A stretch of 64,000 nt of DNA from Patescibacteria group bacterium. Its GTDB lineage: Bacteria > Patescibacteriota > Kazan-3B-28. Where the stretch lies: the NCBI GenBank assembly GCA_041649135.1, contig JBAZNQ010000001.1, positions 361,983 to 425,982 on the forward strand, given 5' to 3'. The notes under the pieces were generated by a model, which made no database searches, was not told the DNA's origin, and saw nothing but the letters and a program-made list of their open reading frames with translations. Both the position numbers and the translations under genes were made by a program. Below are positions 56,814-64,000 of this stretch, piece after piece. How positions within the stretch are numbered: position 1 is the stretch's first letter; each line of letters starts with the position of its first letter.

Positions 56814-58514
56814 TCATACACCAACCTGATCTCCTCCCTCCAGAGCCGAGTTCGTCCACGGCCCACCGTGACCAATCGACTGTCTGGCTCCACAAGCACA
56901 GCAATTCCAAGTCACCCGATGACTGCTAACTCTCAACAGCTCATTGCAGTATTCGCACCGCTTATTCGGGTGAACACCGAAGTTTTCCACTACGGTCCCG
57001 CACCCCTTGCGTATACATTGGTGACCTTCTGCCGTCTTCCGTGTTTTCCATCCACAAGCTGGACAATAATAGACCACCGCTTCTTCGGCATTAACTGACA
57101 CCAAGCCGCCATCACTAACGTAAGCGGCAGTCTGCAGATTTCCGAACGCACTCCCCGTCCTCTTCTGCCACCATGTCAGAAAGACCAGTGCCATCAGTGC
57201 CGTCAAGCCAACCATCACCAAAATCATCCAGAAGGCTGGCCCCCAACGCAATGCGATCGTCTGTGTTGCCATTATTGCAGTTCCGAGATCATTGAGCGAA
57301 CGATCAAAATCTGCCATAGCCGCAGACCACGCATCGGTCGCAACTGGTTGTGGTGTATCTTGCGACATCCGCCCGAACATCACCGCACTAGGCGTCAATC
57401 CCGCCATCAGCCACAACTGGACTACAAGGTACACCCCGACTGGGATTGCCATACCAGCAATATTGCGTCGATCGTGCAACCACCAGCCGACTAAACCGAA
57501 TCCAGCCGCCATGGCCAAATAGACCAACACCCACCATCCGCTGATGTTCAAAGAGTCTGTCCCAGCATCGCTGGTAAAAACGAGTCCGTTGGCAACCGTT
57601 GGTGCAACATACACCATCACGTTCATCAGACCCGTGACGGTAAATGAATTGATGTTGGAGCCCAACACCATCCCGATGCAAGTTGCAACACTAGCGAACA
57701 CGAGTGGCACTAGCGCCAACACCCACAACATCCCACTTCGAAATGGTCGACTAAAAATCGCCGACCACCACGATTCGTTCCCTTCCATCACACTACCTCC
57801 ATACGACGTTTCAGAATCAGAATACTCCTCCGCCCGTGTCTGACTATCATCAATCACAGGCCGCTGAACAACTGGCGGTAGTGATGCTATCACAACATCA
57901 CTACCCGCCGCAGTAATCATCGAAGTTTCTTTTTGGTCACGATGCTGACCGCAATCGCTCGTAGCGGTTTTTGTGGGTGTCTTGGTGGATGGAGATGTGG
58001 GTGGAAGTGTGAATGTCCAGCTATAGGCATTCTCATCCAACGGTTCAGCTCCACCATCTGATTTATACCACGATGGTCAAAACCAGATAATCAACCACAT
58101 ACCGCCAACCGAGGCTACCACAGGGAACAGGACACTCACTAAGATGAACAGCCCCGATTCTTCCCAGACAAGACGAAACGTCCATGGTTGCCCACCCCAG
58201 TTCTGCCCTAACACCCACAGCCACGCAACGGCCAGCCAGGCCAACATCGGCACTGTCAATGCCACACTCTTGCGACGATCGCCCGTTAATAGTTCAACTA
58301 ACATACAACCGCCCGCCATAAATACCACACCGACAACGCTCGAAACATCATACAAACTCTGCACATCACCGATCGTCGCTCTGAATGCGTCAATACAAGC
58401 CGACGCGATAGCACCTAGCAAAAACGGTACCATCGCCCATAACCACAGCTTCTTATCGCAAAATGGCCGGACGAAGATTGTTGACCACCACGATTCGTAT
58501 TGTTCCTCCATCAC
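56814..58514 (-). CDS. Membrane protein with duplicated module and C-terminal Cys-rich zinc ribbons, split by one in-frame TGA (58077-58079)
   Basis: ORFs 58077-58514 and 56814-58040 are in the same frame with an open 12-codon linker; both carry ESWWSxIFxRPF. Confidence 0.65.
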
Positions 58515-58627
58515 GTCACCCCTACGGTTTTTTCACACTACGAAGCCGCACCATACTGGTGTATTTTCAAAGTACACGAATAAACCAGCCATTATATGCC
58601 AGTTTATTTTCAAATTACAAGAATTTT

Positions 58628-60283
58628 TTAGACAGTAACTTTCGATACCACCGTCTTATCTACCGCCGATGGATCAAATACTGTCTTTCGTTCTTTATCC
58701 GTCACATGGAAACCAAGATATTTCCCCAACATTAATCTTGTTTCCGCATCAATTGCCGGAATCGAACCAAAGATAATACCGGAAATCGGCACCAACACCC
58801 ATTGCAAAATCATTTCCAGCGCCCGCATCTTGCCATACTTCTTTGGTCGAGCCGGAATTAGTTTTAAGGAAATCATCGTCGAAATCACCACCCCGATCCA
58901 AGTAATACTTAATAGATCTCGCGCCAATACTGGCAGATGATACGCCAAAATACTGCTCCTAAAATCAATATTCATTAAAATCGGCAACCATCCACCCAGC
59001 GCAATCAAAAGTGATGAACTCGCCCACGACACATGCCCCTCCAACATCCTGAACGGATGGATGATCCGCTGATACCAGGTCATTTGATTCCGAGTGGTAA
59101 AAAACTTCTCCACCGCATACGGAAAATGTTCAATCCCCCATGCCCATCGCCGCTTCTGAATATATTGTGCCTTCAATGTCTCCCAGTAAGTTTTGCCTAA
59201 CACCGCATCCATCGACACCGGTGTAAAAATCGGAATCACTTTATGATTCCCATTGTAATGATAATACGCCCGATAAAACTGTTTGGAATCTTCCGACACC
59301 ACACTTCTGTCCCAAAAATCAATATCCACCAACGTTTTCAAACTCATCGCTTGCGATGAGAAATTCACCAGCCGATACGGCCGAGTTGATTCGATCATCT
59401 GCCAGTAAGACGAACCAAACGCCACCAATCGGTTGATTGCTGGTACATCCCAAATATTGTTATTAAACAACGGGATCGGCTGATAACTTCTAAATGTCCG
59501 CTCCGGCGTCAAAATGTAATTGTAAGTCACGTTGGCAAAATATTGCCGAGAGGCCAACGTATCGGCATCAAAACACGACACCACTACGTTGTCGTAAGCG
59601 ATACCATGTTCATCTGTATATTTCTGTAACACTTTTCCCGCCTGATAAACATTCGCACCTTTAGCTTTCATTTCACCCACTATCCCGTCCGGATGAACCG
59701 ATACGAGAATATCCATAAACGCGCCGGCAAACTTTTCCTGAATTCTTCGTGCCACTTCCTGCGCCGGCTCACCCGCTCTTCCCTCTAGCGCCAACACGAT
59801 CAGAATCTTATTTTTGGGATAATTACTTTCAAAACACGACCGAACCGACGCCTCCACTACTTCGTAACTCTCCTTATAAACCGCAAAAATTACCGCATGC
59901 ACCACCTCTTTCCAATGCTTCTGTGCCGCCGGTAATACCCGAATTTTTTCTACCTGTTCCCACTCGTCCCGCAGTTTGCGAGCTTCAAACCATTTTGCCA
60001 AATAAAACTGCCGAAACAGCCGATTAGCAAAGGCTTCCAGATTTTCGGTTTCGTGCAATCTCGCCAACCAGTCAATCTTCATCGCCCTTTGCATATGCAT
60101 ATAGCCGAATACCAAATGTCCACCCATCACCAATGCTTTCACCAACCAATAAACATCAAACAGAATAATAAAATAGGCTACCCCAACCGGCCAGACAAAA
60201 GACATCACAAATGGCATTAATAAAATGGACCACGTCGTGGCCCCCGGCAAAATCTCCCAAAATCTTCTAGCAGCTCTAGTCAT
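58628..60283 (-). CDS. Membrane glycosyltransferase family 2
   Basis: WEILPG, KGAN, FDAD, SED, QKRRWAWG. Confidence 0.9.
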   Translation of the reverse strand: MTRAARRFWEILPGATTWSILLMPFVMSFVWPVGVAYFIILFDVYWLVKALVMGGHLVFGYMHMQRAMKIDWLARLHETENLEAFANRLFRQFYLAKWFEARKLRDEWEQVEKIRVLPAAQKHWKEVVHAVIFAVYKESYEVVEASVRSCFESNYPKNKILIVLALEGRAGEPAQEVARRIQEKFAGAFMDILVSVHPDGIVGEMKAKGANVYQAGKVLQKYTDEHGIAYDNVVVSCFDADTLASRQYFANVTYNYILTPERTFRSYQPIPLFNNNIWDVPAINRLVAFGSSYWQMIESTRPYRLVNFSSQAMSLKTLVDIDFWDRSVVSEDSKQFYRAYYHYNGNHKVIPIFTPVSMDAVLGKTYWETLKAQYIQKRRWAWGIEHFPYAVEKFFTTRNQMTWYQRIIHPFRMLEGHVSWASSSLLIALGGWLPILMNIDFRSSILAYHLPVLARDLLSITWIGVVISTMISLKLIPARPKKYGKMRALEMILQWVLVPISGIIFGSIPAIDAETRLMLGKYLGFHVTDKERKTVFDPSAVDKTVVSKVTV

Positions 60284-60398
60284 TGACAAAAAGTTAACAG
60301 TTAACAGTGAATAGTAATGGTGTCGCAAACGACGATTAAGATATATCAAACAATCTTCCTCAATTGTTCACTATTAACTCTTAACTATTCACCGCCCC

Positions 60399-60791
60399 CT
60401 AAAGTCCCGTCACAAACGATACCAAATATAATGTCACCGCCAGCAATAATATCTGAATAAAGATATTTGAACCGATCAACATCCAGCTGGCAAAAATATC
60501 TTTCTTATACATCCGAAACGCTAATATTGTATTCAATACTAACCAACCCGTGTTGCTCAACGGCCAAATATAATCGCTAACGAAACTAAACGGCCCTAAA
60601 TTAAACGGAATCGGGATGGTTAATGCGATCGGATACGGCGCGATCATAAAATGCCACATTACCCAAAAAACCACATGCAAAATCACCGCGATCCAAACAA
60701 ACACAAATAAGCTTTCTTCCCGCCGCTTAAACCGGCTCCATTGTAACCATGGCACCGTATCACCACCCAAATTTAGAAACTGAATCTTCAT
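60399..60791 (-). CDS. Hypothetical membrane protein
   Basis: Three hydrophobic helices. Confidence 0.65.
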   Translation of the reverse strand: MKIQFLNLGGDTVPWLQWSRFKRREESLFVFVWIAVILHVVFWVMWHFMIAPYPIALTIPIPFNLGPFSFVSDYIWPLSNTGWLVLNTILAFRMYKKDIFASWMLIGSNIFIQILLLAVTLYLVSFVTGL

Positions 60792-60907
60792 AGGTTAGAC
60801 AAATAGACTAATGGACACATAGACTTATCGACACGCAGATACATAAACATATAGACTCACTAACCTACCTATCTATTAGTCTACTAGTCTATCCGTCTAT
60901 TAGTCTG

Positions 60908-61420
60908 CTAGTCCTTCTGTCCCCAACCAGAAATCATCATCAGAATCAACGGCAATACCAATAACCAAGCCTGATAGTCCACCAGCTGTTTCGCTAGCTT
61001 TGAGCTGGCATAAATTTGGTCCAATTGGTCTTGCGGGACAAACCCCAGCAAAGCCGAGGCGATCACTGCCGCCGTCAATAGCCCATAAGCTATCAGTACC
61101 AGATAGGACATAAATCCAATACCGACAGAATCTGGATGGATCAGTACGCCACCCCTCAAAGCGATTATCAGCATTACTGCCGCAAATAAGGCAATTTGCA
61201 CCGTCAGGACTGAAACATTACCACTGACGAACTGTTCATTTAAAACACTTCCACCCTGCTTTGTCAAGACTTGGTAAAGCGCCTCGCCCCAGCGATCTGC
61301 CACTATCATCCCAGCGTAGGCTGCTAATAACGTTACTACTACTTTCTCCCGCAACATCAAAGAGTAGACGACACTCGCGCCCCCAAATACCAACAGAACT
61401 AAATCCCAACTCGGTACCAT
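60908..61420 (-). CDS. Hypothetical membrane protein
   Basis: MVPSWDLVLL...; 4-5 TM helices. Confidence 0.7.
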   Translation of the reverse strand: MVPSWDLVLLVFGGASVVYSLMLREKVVVTLLAAYAGMIVADRWGEALYQVLTKQGGSVLNEQFVSGNVSVLTVQIALFAAVMLIIALRGGVLIHPDSVGIGFMSYLVLIAYGLLTAAVIASALLGFVPQDQLDQIYASSKLAKQLVDYQAWLLVLPLILMMISGWGQKD

Positions 61421-61703
61421 AATAAAAACCTAGTTTCATCATAACAAACCAGCCAAGAAAAGTTAATTTATTCTCCCCCTCCGCCACTGGAACATATGGG
61501 TCCAATCTCACCAATCTTCACAAATCTAAGCAATCTAAACAAAAAAAAGACTCTATACCCTCCCAAGGCGGGTAGACAAACCAAAATGCCTGAAAAACCA
61601 GAAAAAGTAAAGACAGCCTTCTCTAGTCATTGCGAGGAATGTAATGACGAAGCAATCTTTATAACAGATTGCCGCGCGACGCTCGCAATGACAAAAAAGA
61701 CGA

Positions 61704-62786
61704 TTAATCTCTAAATTCTTTATCCAAATCCTGCAACAGCCGCCGTTGTTTAATCGTCAATCTCTCCGGCACATCAATATCAATCTGTAAATATAAACTG
61801 CCGTTCGCCCCACCACTCTGACGCACACCATGATCTTTCACCCGCAAAATCTCACCCGCTCTAGTACTAGGCGGAACTTTGATATTGATCTCACCAAATA
61901 ACGTTTTGAATTTCACGCTTCCACCTAAAACCGCCGTCGTAAACGGAATTGTCATTGTTTTATACAAATCCATCCCCGACCGACGATATTCGCGATTTGG
62001 TCGAATTCGTACGGACATAAATAAGTCACCGGTTTTACCACCACGCAATCCGGCATTACCTTCCTCGCGTACTCGAATAGTCTGACCCTCATCAATCCCA
62101 GCGGGAATTTTAATTTTCACTTCTTTTTGCTGACGCATTCGACCAGACCCGCGACAATTCCGACATTCTTTTTCTGGTACTTCACCTATACCACGACAAG
62201 TTGGACAAGTCTGGCTCTGACGAACCGCTCCGAAAACTGTTTGGCGTGCGACCTCAATTCGCCCCGCACCGCCACACTTACTACAACTGGCCTGTTTTTT
62301 AGTTGTCGAACCAGTCCCATCACAAGTCTTACACGCAAGTTCTTTATTGATCAAAATGGTTTTTTCTCCGCCAAAGATAGCCTCTTCAAAACTTAATTCC
62401 ATCACCACTTCAATATCCTCACCCCGCAAGATATCCTCCTTGTTGCGTTTGCGACCACCCCGCGGACTCCCACCAAAAAATGTTTCAAAAATATCTTCAA
62501 ATCCGGTTCCGCCAAAATTACTAAAATCAAAACCACCAAAACCAGCGCCACTTTGCGGGCCAGCCCCATTCCCGAAAGTTTGACCATATTGGTCATATTG
62601 CCGGCGTTTATCTTCATCCGCCAACACCTGATATGCTTCGTTTATTTCTTTGAATTTCTTTTCCGCTTCTGCCCCTTTCGCTTTGTCCGGATGATATCTT
62701 AAAGCCAGCTTCCGATAAGCCCTCTTTATCTCCTCCGTCGAAGCACCTTTCGGCACTCCCAAAATATTGTAATAGTCTTTACCCAT
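61704..62786 (-). CDS. dnaJ: Chaperone DnaJ
   Basis: [14 protein letters not shown] region, four CxxCxGxG motifs. Confidence 0.97.
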   Translation of the reverse strand: MGKDYYNILGVPKGASTEEIKRAYRKLALRYHPDKAKGAEAEKKFKEINEAYQVLADEDKRRQYDQYGQTFGNGAGPQSGAGFGGFDFSNFGGTGFEDIFETFFGGSPRGGRKRNKEDILRGEDIEVVMELSFEEAIFGGEKTILINKELACKTCDGTGSTTKKQASCSKCGGAGRIEVARQTVFGAVRQSQTCPTCRGIGEVPEKECRNCRGSGRMRQQKEVKIKIPAGIDEGQTIRVREEGNAGLRGGKTGDLFMSVRIRPNREYRRSGMDLYKTMTIPFTTAVLGGSVKFKTLFGEINIKVPPSTRAGEILRVKDHGVRQSGGANGSLYLQIDIDVPERLTIKQRRLLQDLDKEFRD

Positions 62787-62994
62787 ACTCTTTGAAGTCA
62801 TCCCCGCCTCCGAGCGGGGATCCAGACAAAAACAGAAAAACTTTTTATTTTACTTTCCTTGGCCGCGTCCTGCAGACTTGTCCGCAGGCAGGCTGGATTC
62901 TCCGATCAAGCCGGAGAATGACTCACCAGAGAAACACCACCAGCTACCCCAATTGGTGAGATTGGTGAGATTGTTCAGATTGGATAGATTATTT

Positions 62995-63708
62995 TCAGCT
63001 CGCCGGCACCTGTACTTTGCCGTCATAAGCATCAATCGATAATTGCAACAAATCACCCGACGAATCAGTCGCCCGATAAGTAATAAACCAGTTCAAATAC
63101 TGACCCACTGGTTTGCCTAGGATCACTGATACCTCAAACTTTGGATGCTGTGTCCGGAAAGCCGCACCGCCATTGGTCTCCGCCAATTTCAACGCATCAA
63201 CATACGACAGCTTCCAGAATTGATACGGCACCGGGATCAAACTGAACGGCAATTCCATATCAGTTTGTGGCATCAAAAATCTCTTAATCCCCTCGCCGTT
63301 ATGCGGCACATTCACCATATAGTAGTACTTGGTATCAGTTGGCGAAACGAAAATGTAATAGTTGGTGACAAGACCCGATGAATCCGACAACGAATTCACA
63401 AACTTCATTGATACCAACTGCAGTATTACATCACTCTTCAGTTCCTTGATTGATGCCGTAGCTTTAGTTAGCTCTTGCTGTAACAGCGGTCGAGTCGCAT
63501 CCGGATCTGGCAGATCACCACTTTGACTCGTCTGATCGCCAGTTGTTTGATTGGTAATGTTGGCGATAGAGTTATTCACCGCTTCATTATTAGTGATCTC
63601 GTTATTAGTATCATCCGTAGATCCTCGTCGACAACTCGCCGCCGACAAAGACACCATTACCATGGCGCCAACGGTTAACAATACCAGAATGCTAGCGTAT
63701 TTTTTCAT
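62995..63708 (-). CDS. Putative lipoprotein
   Basis: Signal peptide ending SAAS-C; C-terminal IDAYDGKV (PepSY-like). Confidence 0.7.
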   Translation of the reverse strand: MKKYASILVLLTVGAMVMVSLSAASCRRGSTDDTNNEITNNEAVNNSIANITNQTTGDQTSQSGDLPDPDATRPLLQQELTKATASIKELKSDVILQLVSMKFVNSLSDSSGLVTNYYIFVSPTDTKYYYMVNVPHNGEGIKRFLMPQTDMELPFSLIPVPYQFWKLSYVDALKLAETNGGAAFRTQHPKFEVSVILGKPVGQYLNWFITYRATDSSGDLLQLSIDAYDGKVQVPAS

Positions 63709-63877
63709 TAATTTCCCCAAACGATGCTACAACACTAGCATATTATTTCTTAAGCATTTAGACCAGCCCCACAAAATATCAACGTGCTTCCTCGATGCCT
63801 CGGAAAGACAAATTTTACTTTTGTGTCCCCGAGGAACCGAGGGGCTACCATAACTGTTCACTATTCACCATTCACTT

Positions 63878-64000
63878 TTAACTATTCTCTCCCTCGTCCT
63901 TCTTCTCATCCATCGGCTCTTGCGTAAAATCTGCTTCCTTCGCTCCGCCTTCTCCTGATTGGTTAGATTGGTCAGATTGTTGAGATTGGTTAGATTGCCC
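63878..64000 (-). CDS. 3' end of a gene, probably DnaK acidic tail
   Basis: GQSNQSQQSDQSNQSGEGGAKEADFTQEPMDEKKDEGENS*; EADF resembles the DnaK DAEF tail; lies upstream of dnaJ. Confidence 0.55.
   Translation of the reverse strand, partial: GQSNQSQQSDQSNQSGEGGAKEADFTQEPMDEKKDEGENS

Overview
Chromosomal segment of a bacterium using genetic code 11, most likely a Patescibacteria/CPR member. That inference rests on the stand-alone intron-bearing 16S gene, extended L1 and L7/L12 proteins, the CPR-type gene set and repeat-rich spacers. Core genes include rplK/A/J/L, tgt, holB, clpP, tig, PBP1A, tyrS, recG, rsmD, comEA, htrA, an LCP protein, xer, recO, dnaJ and a probable dnaK tail, plus 6 tRNAs. 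They are interleaved with single inserted genes, a dcd-dut-thyX-tmk cluster and a type II R-M island with a neighbouring HEPN-motif gene. The 16S gene has a group II intron at E. coli position 1396 that encodes a LAGLIDADG nuclease. The most striking unexplained signal is that housekeeping genes (tig twice, dut, rplA; weaker traces at rplJ, rplL and the M23 gene) are followed by diverged, stop-codon-terminated copies of their own 3' ends, separated from the live gene by cargo genes or hairpin repeats. This suggests recurrent DNA acquisition by 3'-end replacement. Alongside it are stop-codon-rich 7/8/9-mer tandem arrays starting at stop codons, and repeats that have invaded holB, recO, recG, the PduO-type gene and the dnaK tail in frame. 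All calls come from reading the sequence; no database searches were run.
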